A stretch of 64,000 nt of DNA from Bacteroidales bacterium (GTDB lineage Bacteria; Bacteroidota; Bacteroidia; Bacteroidales; Muribaculaceae): positions 488-64,487 of the forward strand of contig DXXK01000067.1 of NCBI GenBank assembly GCA_019416425.1, given 5' to 3'. A model generated the notes under the pieces. That model worked only from the letters and a program-made list of their open reading frames with translations, ran no database searches and had not been told where the DNA came from. Positions 19,521 to 30,085 of the stretch are shown here, one piece after another. Numbering within the stretch: the stretch's first letter is position 1; each line of letters opens with the position of its first letter. The position numbers were made by a program, and so were the translations under genes.

Positions 19521-20717
19521 TTACATAGGTTGTGCGCTTGCTGCCACCCCCTCGTTAATTCCTTTTATTACCCAGTCTGCCTTAATCGCCATATTCCTGC
19601 TGCGGTCAAAAATCCCAAACATATCGGCTCCGTTGCCAAACCGGTTGTTGTCCCATACGAAAGTGGAGAATCCGCGTTTACGTGCCTCTGACACCAGAAT
19701 CTTGCAGTAATAGGACATATTCTCCTGCATACGGTCGGCCTCTGAGGTCTTGAAATGGTTGGTAATTCCCCATTCGCCGATCACCACGCCTAATCCCTTG
19801 GTGCCCCATTCATCCGCCAGTTTGTCGAAGAAATCAGTCATGGTGTGCTCATCACTCTGTGATGCGCCATACTGCTTGTATGGCTCGCCCCAGTAATAGC
19901 ATTCGCCACTTCCGGAATATTCCCATGGATTGTAATAATGCAGCTCTACACTCATATACTCATTGCCATTGCCTTCAATGTCGGCAGGGATGATGAAATC
20001 ACCGTTATACAGACCATAATCCGCATTGCATACATACGTCTGCACTATCAGATGGCGTTTTGTATTGTTCATTCCAGTGGCTCTCACTATATCGACAAAG
20101 GTCTGGTTGTAGGCGTTCTGCACATCAAGATTCTCGGCAGTAGGCTTACCCCAGTTGTGTGGCTCATGAACCTCGTTGGTTCCCGCAAACGCCACACGAT
20201 AATCATATTTGTTAAGTTCGTTGGCTATGTTCATCCACAGCAACGCAAGCTTCCGGCAGTTTTCTTCCTTGCTGACATAAAGGGGACGGCTCTCAAGCCA
20301 TTTGTCATGGTGGACATTGACAATGACCTTCATGTCGTACTCCAGACACCAGTCTATCACTTCCTTTATCCTGTTCATCCATGTCTTGCTGACAGTCATT
20401 GCAGAAGGATTACTGATGTGGCATTGCCATCGCACCGGGATGCGTACTGCATTGAATCCCGCGTCATGAACGGCTTTGATGGTTTTCTTTGTCACCACTG
20501 GGTTGCCCCAGGCAGTTTCAGCATTGTCGGCGCCATCCGGCTCGCCTATGGCCATGGACTCGCCGTCCTGACCTGGTGCCGAGCATTCAAACTGGTTGCC
20601 GAGGTTCCATCCGGCTTTGACCTCTTTGTTCCATTGCCTGGCGGTCTGTTGGGCATGACCCAATACTGCGGACAGTAACAACGCCAACAGGCAATATGTT
20701 CTGAATTTGAGTTTCAT
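19521..20717 (-). CDS. GH5 endo-beta-glucanase (subfamily 4-like)
   Basis: GWNLGNQFE, ETAWGNP, VRIPVRW, NVHHD, GTNEV, HYYNPW, IGEWG, FVWDN. Confidence 0.9.
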   Translation of the reverse strand: MKLKFRTYCLLALLLSAVLGHAQQTARQWNKEVKAGWNLGNQFECSAPGQDGESMAIGEPDGADNAETAWGNPVVTKKTIKAVHDAGFNAVRIPVRWQCHISNPSAMTVSKTWMNRIKEVIDWCLEYDMKVIVNVHHDKWLESRPLYVSKEENCRKLALLWMNIANELNKYDYRVAFAGTNEVHEPHNWGKPTAENLDVQNAYNQTFVDIVRATGMNNTKRHLIVQTYVCNADYGLYNGDFIIPADIEGNGNEYMSVELHYYNPWEYSGSGECYYWGEPYKQYGASQSDEHTMTDFFDKLADEWGTKGLGVVIGEWGITNHFKTSEADRMQENMSYYCKILVSEARKRGFSTFVWDNNRFGNGADMFGIFDRSRNMAIKADWVIKGINEGVAASAQPM

Positions 20718-20820
20718 GATTGATTAATAATTGGTCAGAATTTCATGTTTCATTGGAGAGTCCTCGATGTTACTCCGTCTAAACTCTCGCCGCAAAATTA
20801 GATAATATAATGCACCAGGA

Positions 20821-20900
20821 GGTTCGATATCTGTTGATTCTTGGTTTGACAGGTGTCTTTTGTCAGAAATCGAACCCTTTAACCAGAAATCGAACCCTTT
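20821..20900 (-). promoter_or_regulatory. PUL operator A (four half-sites) upstream of the GH5-susC operon
   Basis: CAGAAATCGAACCCTTT direct repeat (20864, 20884); inverted GGTTCGATATCTG (20821) and GGTTTGA (20843); -7 element at 20793-20800. Confidence 0.75.
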
Positions 20901-20921
20901 CGGGAACAACATTGCGCAGTC

Positions 20922-21254
20922 TCACTTATATTTAGACGGCGGGATACCGAAGTGTTTCTTAAATGCTGTGCTGAAGTACTTGGCGTCGTTGAAACCCACC
21001 TCGGCTGCCACATCACTGACACTATGTCCACTTCGCAGCAAAACCGCGGCATTATCAAGACGGAATATACGAATAAATTCGCGGGGAGATTTACCGGTAT
21101 AAGATTTCAATTTCAGATAAAACATTGTACGGCTCATTGCCATATCTCCACACAAACGATCGATACTGTATTCCGAATCGGAGATATGATGAAGAAGATG
21201 TTTGGTCACCCGATTTATGAAGTCGGTCTTTTGATTAGTGTATTGAATCGTCAT
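20922..21254 (-). CDS. Stand-alone AraC HTH domain protein
   Basis: 110 aa, DNA-binding domain only; 73 of 100 residues identical (counted by hand, ungapped) to the C-terminus of 26744-29632. Confidence 0.85.
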   Translation of the reverse strand: MTIQYTNQKTDFINRVTKHLLHHISDSEYSIDRLCGDMAMSRTMFYLKLKSYTGKSPREFIRIFRLDNAAVLLRSGHSVSDVAAEVGFNDAKYFSTAFKKHFGIPPSKYK

Positions 21255-21299
21255 ATTTCTTTGCTATTATTCAAGATTTTAGGCATCGTTCCTTAAAAT

Positions 21300-22676
21300 T
21301 CAACCCTCGGAAGTCTTGAAAGCCTTGATACGCTCGGTGGTGAGTGGATACAGCACCATCAGGCCAACTATCAGGAGCGAGATGACCGCAGGGATGTAGC
21401 TCATGGCTAATTTCATTCCAAGGATGGCGTCTGGTGTCTGGGAGATGGAATTGGGCTTAAGCCCGAACACACTGAACAGCAGCAATACCGCCGAACCGGC
21501 GATGGCACCGCCGAACTTCTGGGCCATTGATCCGGATGAGAAGATGAGCGCAGTCGAGGCTGTACCGTGCTTGTAATAGGAGTAATCGGCCACATCTGCA
21601 TACATACTCCATACCAATGGGCTGACCACTCCGGTGAAAATGCTTATCAGCACCTGTAGAAGCAGCATACTTATCAATCCTCCATTGCTCAACGGCACAT
21701 AGAAGAACACGATACTCAACACACCCATTGCCACTGCAGAGACAATGAACGTTGTTTTCTTGCCCAATCTCTTGCTCAAAGGCATTGCGCACACCACCCC
21801 AATCATGTTGCACACCTCACCAACAGCAAGGAACACACCTGCGAAGAAGAGGAATGAGACAATGCCCAGATCCACCATATTGCAGTCACCGATATAGTAT
21901 TTGAAATAATAGGCTACCGTGGCGCCACGTACAGTGTTGAACAGATTAGTACAGAGAGCCGTGCAGGTTATCATCCACCAGGGAAAGTTCTTTATCAGAA
22001 AACGGAAATCGTTCATGAGTTTACCTGCCCTGGCTTCCTTTACCCTCTCACGGGTAAGAAGGAAGCTGCAAATGAAGAGTAGGAAACAAATAGTGGCGAT
22101 AACCAACATTGCACCTTGCCAAGCACCTGCATCTCCCGGAACCGTGAGTAAAGACAGTTTTTGGTCGGCGAAAAACCGACACAACGGTTCCCATGCGTAG
22201 AGCGCTATGAACGAACCACCATAGGCGAAGAACATTCGGTAGCTTGAGAACACGGTCTTCTCATAGCTGTCGGATGTCATCACGCCAAGCATGGAGGCAT
22301 AAGGCACATTGATGCAGGTATATACCGTCATCATGAGGATATAGGTGACATACGCATAGACGAGACGTCCCGGTTCGGTAAAGTCGGGTGTGGTGAACAA
22401 CAATACTCCGCACACTGCAAAGGGCAGCGAGAACCACAACAGGTATGGACGGTACTTCCCCCAGCGTGTGTTGGTGCGGTCACAGATAGCACCCATCATA
22501 GGGTCTGAAACGGTATCCCATACCCTTGTCACAAACATCAAGGTGGCTGTGGCCGTGAGCGGAAGGTTGAAGATATCGCTGTAGAAGATAGGAAGATAAT
22601 AGGAGAATATCTTCCAGAACATGGAGGACCCCATGTCCCCCATGCCATATCCAATTTTTTCAGTAAGTTTTGCCAT
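21300..22676 (-). CDS. MFS glycoside-pentoside-hexuronide (MelB-like) sugar transporter
   Basis: GYGMGD, DTVSDPMMGAICDRTNTRWGKYRPYLL; many hydrophobic segments. Confidence 0.92.
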   Translation of the reverse strand: MAKLTEKIGYGMGDMGSSMFWKIFSYYLPIFYSDIFNLPLTATATLMFVTRVWDTVSDPMMGAICDRTNTRWGKYRPYLLWFSLPFAVCGVLLFTTPDFTEPGRLVYAYVTYILMMTVYTCINVPYASMLGVMTSDSYEKTVFSSYRMFFAYGGSFIALYAWEPLCRFFADQKLSLLTVPGDAGAWQGAMLVIATICFLLFICSFLLTRERVKEARAGKLMNDFRFLIKNFPWWMITCTALCTNLFNTVRGATVAYYFKYYIGDCNMVDLGIVSFLFFAGVFLAVGEVCNMIGVVCAMPLSKRLGKKTTFIVSAVAMGVLSIVFFYVPLSNGGLISMLLLQVLISIFTGVVSPLVWSMYADVADYSYYKHGTASTALIFSSGSMAQKFGGAIAGSAVLLLFSVFGLKPNSISQTPDAILGMKLAMSYIPAVISLLIVGLMVLYPLTTERIKAFKTSEG

Positions 22677-22710
22677 GATATACAGATTACGGTCAAATTT
22701 GCTTCGGACA

Positions 22711-25209
22711 TTACATCTCCACCTCTATGGTGTGCTTGCCTGGAAGAGCCTTCACGACATTGCCCTCGATTGATTCTCCGTCAACCATAATCCGGGTTAC
22801 GCCTTTAGACTTGCCTTTGGGGTTCCTCACGGTGATTGTCATCTCGCTGTCACGCATTTTGCGCTTCACCGTGAATTCCTTAATTGCCGCGGGCAGACAC
22901 GGATCAATTTCCAGACCTTCATATGTGGGATGAATACCGAGAATATACTGGGTGACGGTGAGCCAGTTCCATGCGGCTGTACCCGTAAGCCAGGAGTTCT
23001 TTCCCTCTCCCGGACGTGCGGCATCCTTGCCTGCCACCATCTGACAATATACGTATGGCTCTACCTTGTGCAGTGTCTGGTCCTTAATCCACGCCGGACA
23101 TATCTTGGTGTAGTGTTCCCATGCGTCATCGCCACGTCCGGCTACTGTCTCGCCTATGATAATCCAGGGATTGTTGTGGCAGAAGATGCCGGCGTTCTCC
23201 TTGTAGCCTGCCGGATATGTGGAGATTTCGCCCATCTCCACGTGGTAGGTGGTGAAAGCCGGGTGATTGAGGACCATGCCGTGTTCGCTGTCAAGGTAAC
23301 GCTTGCAGGAGTCAAGGGCCTTGTCCACCATGCCGTCCTCCAACCCTATGCCGGCCATTGTGCAGAATCCTTGCGACTCAATGAAAATCTTGCCTTCCTG
23401 GTTCTTGTTGGAGCCAATCTTGTTGCCGTAGAAGTCATATGCCCGAAGATACCACTCGCCATCCCATCCGTGCTTTTTCACCGCATCGACCATGTCGTCA
23501 ACGCATCCGGCTGCACGCATCGCCTCTGCATCCATGCCGCGAACCTTGCACAATTCGGCATACTGACGGCCGCAAAACACGAATAGGCCTGCTATCATCA
23601 AAGACTCTGCCTTCGAACCCTCGGACACGTTCTCCGTGGTTTGAAACGATTCGTTGGGGTCCCATGAAAAGCAGTTTAGGTTGAGACAGTCATTCCAGTC
23701 GGCGCGACCAATAAGCGGCAACCTATGGGGACCGAGATTCTCCACCACATGATTGAACGAAATGCGAAGGTGCTCCATAAGCGGCACTTCCGACCCTTGC
23801 TTGTTGTCCCAAGGCACCGGTTCATCAAGGATACCGAAGTCGCCAGTTTCCTTCACATATGCGACTGTACCGAAGATGAGCCACATGGGATCGTCGTTAA
23901 AGCCGCCGCCGATATCATTGTTGCCACGTTTGGTGAGTGGCTGGTACTGATGATAGCAGCCACCGTCGGGGAACTGTGTCGAGGCAATATCGATGATGCG
24001 TTGGCGCGCACGCTCCGGTACCTGGTGAACAAAACCCACAAGGTCTTGGTTGCTGTCGCGGAAACCCATTCCACGTCCTATGCCGCTCTCGAAAAAGCTT
24101 GCTGAGCGTGAAAAGTTAAACGTAATCATGCATTGATACTGATTCCAGATGTTCACCATACGGTCAAGACGCTCATCGCCTGTATAGACCTGGAACTTGT
24201 CCAGAAGTCCGTCCCACATGGCGTGAAGCTCATCAAAAGCCTTGTCCACAGCCTCTACGGTGCAGAATCTTTCGATGGTGGAGTGAGCCTTCTCCTTGTT
24301 CACAATTGTACGGTCCAGAGAGCCTAACGAGGTCACGAGCGTCGGGTCGGTGTGCGGGTCGGCATATTTATCTTCCTGAGGGTTTTCTACATAACCAAGC
24401 AGGAAGATAAGGTTTTTCCGTTCACCAGGCATAAGGCTCAACTCTATATAATGGGATGCAACGGGACTCCATCCGTGTGCCACGGATTCCGATGGCTTTC
24501 CATCCATGACGCACTGCGGATCTGCAAACTCGTTGTAAAGTCCAATGAACGACTCTCGATCGGTGTCAAATCCATCGGCATGTTTATTTGCCAAGGCGTA
24601 ATATGCATAATGATTACGACGCTCCTTGTACTCTGTTTTATGGTAGATGACGGTGGAAGATGCCCCCTGTTCTATCTCTACCTCGCCTGTACTCCAGTTG
24701 CGCTGGAAATTCTCCATGTCCGTTGCGGCGTTCCACAGGCACCACTCGACAAAAGAGAAGATTTTGATTGTCTTCTTTTTGTCAGTGGTATTGCGAATGG
24801 TCACCTTCTGCACTTCGGCCCATGTATTCAGCGGTACGAAGAAAAGTTCTGATACCTCGACACCGTTCTTGCTTCCCGTGATGCGGGTGTAGTTGAGGCC
24901 ATGGCGGCACTCATAGCTGTCAAGAGGGGTCTTGCATGGCTTCCACCCGGGGTTCCACACCACATCGCCGTCCTTTATATAGAAATAGCGACCGCCATTG
25001 TCCATTGGTACGCCATTGTAGCGGTAGCGCGTGATGCGGCGGAACTTGGCATCCTTATAGAAGGAATAGCCTCCTGCGGTATTGGAGATAAGGCTGAAGA
25101 AATCCTCATTGCCCAGGTAATTGATCCAAGGGAATGGCGTCACCGGGTCAGTAATCACATATTCACGGTTGGCATCATCGAAATATCCGTATGTTTTTCC
25201 CATTGTCAT
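22711..25209 (-). CDS. GH94 cellobiose-type phosphorylase, cytoplasmic
   Basis: [46 protein letters not shown]; no signal peptide. Confidence 0.95.
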   Translation of the reverse strand: MTMGKTYGYFDDANREYVITDPVTPFPWINYLGNEDFFSLISNTAGGYSFYKDAKFRRITRYRYNGVPMDNGGRYFYIKDGDVVWNPGWKPCKTPLDSYECRHGLNYTRITGSKNGVEVSELFFVPLNTWAEVQKVTIRNTTDKKKTIKIFSFVEWCLWNAATDMENFQRNWSTGEVEIEQGASSTVIYHKTEYKERRNHYAYYALANKHADGFDTDRESFIGLYNEFADPQCVMDGKPSESVAHGWSPVASHYIELSLMPGERKNLIFLLGYVENPQEDKYADPHTDPTLVTSLGSLDRTIVNKEKAHSTIERFCTVEAVDKAFDELHAMWDGLLDKFQVYTGDERLDRMVNIWNQYQCMITFNFSRSASFFESGIGRGMGFRDSNQDLVGFVHQVPERARQRIIDIASTQFPDGGCYHQYQPLTKRGNNDIGGGFNDDPMWLIFGTVAYVKETGDFGILDEPVPWDNKQGSEVPLMEHLRISFNHVVENLGPHRLPLIGRADWNDCLNLNCFSWDPNESFQTTENVSEGSKAESLMIAGLFVFCGRQYAELCKVRGMDAEAMRAAGCVDDMVDAVKKHGWDGEWYLRAYDFYGNKIGSNKNQEGKIFIESQGFCTMAGIGLEDGMVDKALDSCKRYLDSEHGMVLNHPAFTTYHVEMGEISTYPAGYKENAGIFCHNNPWIIIGETVAGRGDDAWEHYTKICPAWIKDQTLHKVEPYVYCQMVAGKDAARPGEGKNSWLTGTAAWNWLTVTQYILGIHPTYEGLEIDPCLPAAIKEFTVKRKMRDSEMTITVRNPKGKSKGVTRIMVDGESIEGNVVKALPGKHTIEVEM

Positions 25210-25227
25210 GCTTGGATGAAAGTTGAT

Positions 25228-26361
25228 TTAATAATTATTACCGGTCAGGAGATCCACAAGCGGACGATCCTTGAATGATTGACTTTTCTGGTCCCAGAAG
25301 CCAAAATCGTTGTCATAGCACCAAGAGGCCCATGCAATATTGTACTTGTCGAACACCCACAGCATATCCCTTGTCCAATTATAAGCAAGCTGGCGGTCAA
25401 CCGGCTCATAGACTCCCCATTCTCCGCAGTAGAGCTGTACGCCGTATTTCTTTGCCACGGCAATGGCGTCACGGAAATCCTGAGCTATACGTTCAAGATT
25501 CCAGTCGGATGCATATTGTGTGAGAATGGGCTTCAGACTATCAGACGAGGCATCATAGTCAGCCTGTGAAATGAGACGACCCGGATAAGTGAGTTTGCCG
25601 TTGTATTTGCCTATTGGTGTCCAAGGCGCTCCATAGTGGGTAAGCGCTTGCGGTTCGTAGTAGTGGAACGAGAGGATGATATTCTTATCGCCCTCCGGTA
25701 TGCGCAGGTATTTGAATGTCCAAGTACCCTGCCACATGTTGGATCCGATAACCAAAGTGCGCTGCGGCTCGCGCTCACGGAGTGCGGCATGTGCCTTGAA
25801 AATCAACTTGTTCCACTGTTCATGCTCATCGGCCACCGGCTCGTTCATAAGTTCATAGGCCACGGAATCAATGCTGTATGTCTTGAGTGCGTCGGACAAC
25901 TGATACCGCATATTCATATAGCTTAGCTGGGCTTCATCAGAAGTGAACAGCACATTTTCCTTACCTTCGTTGACAGCATTGAAATTATGGGAGCGGATGA
26001 CGTGCATATCTACTATTGCACGCAAATGGTGCTTTCCGGCCCAGTCCAAGGCTTGCGTGAGCAACTGCCATGCTTCAGGCAGTTTTTTGCCTTGTTCGTC
26101 CCAGAATTGTTCCTCGTCTATAGGAAGGCGCACGAAGTCGAAGCCCAGTTCCTCAAGACGGGCAAAATCCTCTTCCTTGATGTGCTGACGGCGAGCTTCT
26201 CCACGTTCGGCACTCTGCGAGAGCCAGTGGCTGATGTTTGTACCGCGTCTGATGGTAAAATTGTTTAACTTCTGCGCTGGGGAGCCACTCTGCGCTATGG
26301 CCTCAGGGGGAGTACACGCCATAGCCACAAATGCGAGTGCAAGAATCATTATCCTTTTCAT
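25228..26361 (-). CDS. GH5 glycoside hydrolase (subfamily 46-like), lipoprotein
   Basis: RGTNISHWLSQ, VRLPIDE, YELMNEP, FHYYEP, YCGEWG; lipobox AMAC. Confidence 0.88.
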   Translation of the reverse strand: MKRIMILALAFVAMACTPPEAIAQSGSPAQKLNNFTIRRGTNISHWLSQSAERGEARRQHIKEEDFARLEELGFDFVRLPIDEEQFWDEQGKKLPEAWQLLTQALDWAGKHHLRAIVDMHVIRSHNFNAVNEGKENVLFTSDEAQLSYMNMRYQLSDALKTYSIDSVAYELMNEPVADEHEQWNKLIFKAHAALREREPQRTLVIGSNMWQGTWTFKYLRIPEGDKNIILSFHYYEPQALTHYGAPWTPIGKYNGKLTYPGRLISQADYDASSDSLKPILTQYASDWNLERIAQDFRDAIAVAKKYGVQLYCGEWGVYEPVDRQLAYNWTRDMLWVFDKYNIAWASWCYDNDFGFWDQKSQSFKDRPLVDLLTGNNY

Positions 26362-26559
26362 TCGATATTATTAGGGTTAATTAGCTTCCTTAATTCTCTC
26401 CATCCATTACATGGTTACATTGCCGGGCTGCTTGCCGAGACTCTGCATTGCTGCTGTCATCAACGACGACCAACGAATAAAGCCACTGTTCATGAATTAG
26501 ATTTTTTGCAAAATTAGCAATACAGCATACCCCAGTGGGTAGGCAATCTAACGAAAAAA

Positions 26560-26615
26560 GGTTTGAAGAGAATCTTTCGTCAGAAAACAAACCATATACC
26601 ACGAGAAATCAAACC
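26560..26615 (-). promoter_or_regulatory. PUL operator B upstream of the GH5-GH94-MFS operon
   Basis: GGTTTGA-N6-TCTTTnGTCAGAAAnCnAACC matches 20843-20876; extra GAGAAATCAAACC at 26603; -7 element at 26509-26516. Confidence 0.72.
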
Positions 26616-26664
26616 TATCTCGCTATGAAAGACGTCTTCACGACAGTCAATCTATGTCAGGCAT

Positions 26665-26698
26665 AAAAAAGACACCCTCTCCGTCAGGAAGGTGTCTT
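26665..26698 (-). terminator. Intrinsic terminator after the sensor gene
   Basis: AAGACACC/GGTGTCTT stem with a U-tract on the minus strand. Confidence 0.7.
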
Positions 26699-26743
26699 GA
26701 TAGTGAATGTGAAGAAGTGATTGTTGGTTTATTCAATACTGGT

Positions 26744-29632
26744 TTACTTGTATTTTGACGGTGAGACACCGAAGTATTTCTTGAATGACGTACTGAAATA
26801 CTTGGCATTATCATAGCCAACTTCACCCGCAACATCACCCACATGGTGACCGGCACGCAACAGGACCGCAGCACGCTCAAGACGCACCACACGTATGAAC
26901 TCCTGAGGGGATTTTCCTGTATAAGACTTCAGTTTTACATAAAACATTGTGCGGCTCATTGCCATTTCCCGGCACAGTCTATCGATGTTAAATTCCGAAT
27001 CCGAAATATGGTTCAGAAGAAGTTTGGTAGCTGTATCTACAAAATCGGAATTTTGTTTAGTGTCTGTTTCGGCGTTAACTTCTTCTGAAACGTCAGCAAC
27101 GATTACGTTACCGTCTTCAGGCTTATGCTCTGTATCCCGGGTGACGTCCGTAACGGCCTCTTCTTGTTTCTGCATGGATTGCAAGGACTCGGCGCCTTCT
27201 TCACCATCCTGCTCCAAAGCACTGACTACAAGACGCATATACCGATTATGAAGTCCATATGTCCACCAAGCCCCATAGAACAAAGACACTATAAGTAAGA
27301 TGTAAATACACCACATCCACCACGAGTTCCACCAGGGACGGCTGACGGTGATTGCCAGATTCCGTTCGCCAAGCACAACATTGTTGGATTTGCTTACCGC
27401 TCGGACTGTGAGCAGATGTTTGCCGGGTTCAAGATTGACGAACCGGATATACTGCTGTGTCGTGAGAGGACTCCAACTGCCGTTGCCAACCCTATATTGA
27501 TAGGCTATATCAAACTGATATCGCAGATTAATGCTTTCAAAATACAGCTCAAAGGTACGCTGAATGTATGATAGACTCAGTTTCCCCTCATCCAGCATTT
27601 TTGCTGCCCGCTCTTTGAATTTTTCAGAGTCGCTATCATTACAGCTGACTCCTGTAAAGCGCAGGCTGACTTTATAATTGTGTTGCTGAATATAATGTGG
27701 ATTGACCATAACCGCACCTGCCTCGCTTCCGAAAAGCAGGTTCCCGTTCTGCAGATTGACCGCGGCCCCATAGGAATATTCACGCTGAAGCCCGTAATGA
27801 TAGTTTACATTGATGATTTTGTCAAGACTGTCGGGATGTGCGAACGACAGACCCCGGTCCGTCGCAAACCACAGACGTCCAAGTCCATCTTGCGTGACAC
27901 TCGTGACCGTATTTGAGGGCAAACCGTCTTTCATGGTGAACTGACGGCAGTCGCCTGTACGAAGGTCATACACATACAAGCCCCCGCCATTAGTAGCTAT
28001 ATCTATATAACGATCATCATGAATGAAGATATCCAGCACATAACGATTAGCTTGATTGAAGTCTGATGAAAAATATGGCAGTTTTTTTAATTTCTTTTCT
28101 CCGGGTGTTATAATGTAAAGTCCATTTATTGCTCCCGCCGCTATACGTCCGTCGGGCATAAGTGCCAGCGATTTCACATTGTCCACAGGATAATATCTAA
28201 ATCCTTCCGGAGTCACCTCTAAGAGGTGAGCATCTTGACACCCTATCCAAAGATGACCTTTCCTGTCGTACAGCAAATCATGGACATGATTGTCTCCCAA
28301 TATGTCGACATCGTACAAATTCCTCACGTCGCCGTTGGCACTGATTTCACATACGCCGTTGCCATAAGTCGCGGCCAGAAGGCCTCCGTCATCCGGCTTA
28401 GGACACAAGGAAAGCACTACCATGCCACGAGCAATATGGCGCCATTCGTCCGTGAGGGGGTTCAGTACACTGATTCCATTGTCGGTGCCTATGGCCAAAG
28501 CCGATGAAGACAGTTGCGCCACACAGTTTACATGGTCATTGAGCAATGTCTGAGGGTTATTACGCTGATGCATGTATGTCTTTACGGTATTTCCCACTGG
28601 CCTGGCTATGTCGATTCCTCCGGAATATGAACCAATGAATATATCGTGCCACGTATCTACCAGCAGCGCGTATATGCCGTTCCCATGAAGCACCCCGTTT
28701 TCCCCTTCATTGGCATTGAACAGCAAGCCTGCCGTATTTTTAGCTGAGGGTAAGCGAGAAACATGATACACACCACAACCGTCAATCCCTATAAGCATCG
28801 TCGAGCTGTCATAGGCAACAATATTTCGAACCGGATTATGAGGCACTCCTTCAACGAATGTCGCCACTCCTGCCCCGTCGGCAATCACAAGCCCCTGCCC
28901 ATATGTACCCAACCAAAGTTGTTTTGTATCCATATCGTAGAAACCACTCACAACATCGTATTGAAGATAATCCTTCAACTTAATTTCAGCGGTGTCATTA
29001 TCGCTATGACTTAGAGATTTCAATCCCAGTCGGGTACCGAAAAGAAGGAGTCCGTCAGGACCGCGGATAATACAATTGGTATAAACATTATGGAGGACAG
29101 GTATGACCTCCCCTTTCCGCACCATATAAATGCCATGGCTCAATGCCATCCAATAGGTATCCCCTTCTTTGTAAACGTCATTGAGTTGAAACTCATAATC
29201 AAAATGCTTGGAGAGGTCAAACACCGTATCAAAACGATTCTGCACGGTATTGTACTCATAGATACGGCCACCAGCATCAAATACCTGCAGCACTCTGTCA
29301 TCGGAGGATTGAACAAAACGTGGATTGCAACCTATTTTATTGTAGGTAATGCTGTTTTCTGTAAGATTGAAACTCTCGATACCCGAACCATTATACCGGG
29401 CTACAAAACTGCCGGTAGTTAACCACACAGCACCATCATCTGTCTGCTTAAGCGAATTGATGCGTTGGCTGTTTAATCCATCTGCCAGGCCCAGATGTAA
29501 GAACGTGAAGTCGCTTACGCCTAAAGCTGGCGCCATCGAAGGCAACTGCAATATAATCAATATTATAAGGAGGAACCTTACAATCCATAATCTGCAGTAA
29601 CAGTGCGAATGCGGCTTGTCATTTGAAACCAT
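26744..29632 (-). CDS. Membrane sensor-regulator: beta-propeller + Y_Y_Y + TM + AraC, no kinase or receiver domain
   Basis: HLGLADGL, LWLGTYGQGL, DGLPSNTV repeats; NLEPGKHLLTVRA; PWWNSWW TM; short acidic linker; AraC HTH. Confidence 0.88.
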   Translation of the reverse strand: MVSNDKPHSHCYCRLWIVRFLLIILIILQLPSMAPALGVSDFTFLHLGLADGLNSQRINSLKQTDDGAVWLTTGSFVARYNGSGIESFNLTENSITYNKIGCNPRFVQSSDDRVLQVFDAGGRIYEYNTVQNRFDTVFDLSKHFDYEFQLNDVYKEGDTYWMALSHGIYMVRKGEVIPVLHNVYTNCIIRGPDGLLLFGTRLGLKSLSHSDNDTAEIKLKDYLQYDVVSGFYDMDTKQLWLGTYGQGLVIADGAGVATFVEGVPHNPVRNIVAYDSSTMLIGIDGCGVYHVSRLPSAKNTAGLLFNANEGENGVLHGNGIYALLVDTWHDIFIGSYSGGIDIARPVGNTVKTYMHQRNNPQTLLNDHVNCVAQLSSSALAIGTDNGISVLNPLTDEWRHIARGMVVLSLCPKPDDGGLLAATYGNGVCEISANGDVRNLYDVDILGDNHVHDLLYDRKGHLWIGCQDAHLLEVTPEGFRYYPVDNVKSLALMPDGRIAAGAINGLYIITPGEKKLKKLPYFSSDFNQANRYVLDIFIHDDRYIDIATNGGGLYVYDLRTGDCRQFTMKDGLPSNTVTSVTQDGLGRLWFATDRGLSFAHPDSLDKIINVNYHYGLQREYSYGAAVNLQNGNLLFGSEAGAVMVNPHYIQQHNYKVSLRFTGVSCNDSDSEKFKERAAKMLDEGKLSLSYIQRTFELYFESINLRYQFDIAYQYRVGNGSWSPLTTQQYIRFVNLEPGKHLLTVRAVSKSNNVVLGERNLAITVSRPWWNSWWMWCIYILLIVSLFYGAWWTYGLHNRYMRLVVSALEQDGEEGAESLQSMQKQEEAVTDVTRDTEHKPEDGNVIVADVSEEVNAETDTKQNSDFVDTATKLLLNHISDSEFNIDRLCREMAMSRTMFYVKLKSYTGKSPQEFIRVVRLERAAVLLRAGHHVGDVAGEVGYDNAKYFSTSFKKYFGVSPSKYK

Positions 29633-29904
29633 TATGTAGGCGCTGAGTTGTTATTCATTTTCATAAGAAGGCTGACAAACAGCCTAATCATATGCAAAGT
29701 TAGCAAAAATTCTTGACAATCGGGCAATATATCGTGTTAATTGCACATGTTGAAGATATATAAAAACATGCACATATAACAAGAGCCATTCATGAATTGA
29801 TTTTCTGTCATCTTTATCATAAATCGCGTCTTTATCTCGAATCCTTGGATTCTCATCCTGCTTTCTTTGCGAGAGTAAGCCATAGGTCAAAGACCTGTGA
29901 CCAT

Positions 29905-29936
29905 AGTACATGACATTTTAGAAAATGTCATGTACT
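29905..29936. repeat. Perfect 15-bp inverted repeat, 2-nt spacer
   Basis: AGTACATGACATTTT-AG-AAAATGTCATGTACT. Confidence 0.9.
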
Positions 29937-30040
29937 TTAGATTAATCGCAAAAATATTTAAATAAAATCCATATAATGTTTTGTCATGAGGGAAAAGTGT
30001 GCCGGAATATAATACTCTCATGGATTTTTTATAATTTTGC

Positions 30041-30070
30041 AATGAAGTCGTACAAATGTACGACTTCATT
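30041..30070. repeat. Perfect 14-bp inverted repeat, 2-nt spacer, just after a -7 promoter element
   Basis: AATGAAGTCGTACA-AA-TGTACGACTTCATT; TAATTTTG at 30032-30039. Confidence 0.9.
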
Positions 30071-30085
30071 AGATTATTCTGAAGA

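Noticed and set aside
20821..20900. Invertible (phase-variable) promoter
   Set aside because: The inverted half-sites enclose only ~30 bp and exclude the -7 element; no invertase nearby; an operator fits better
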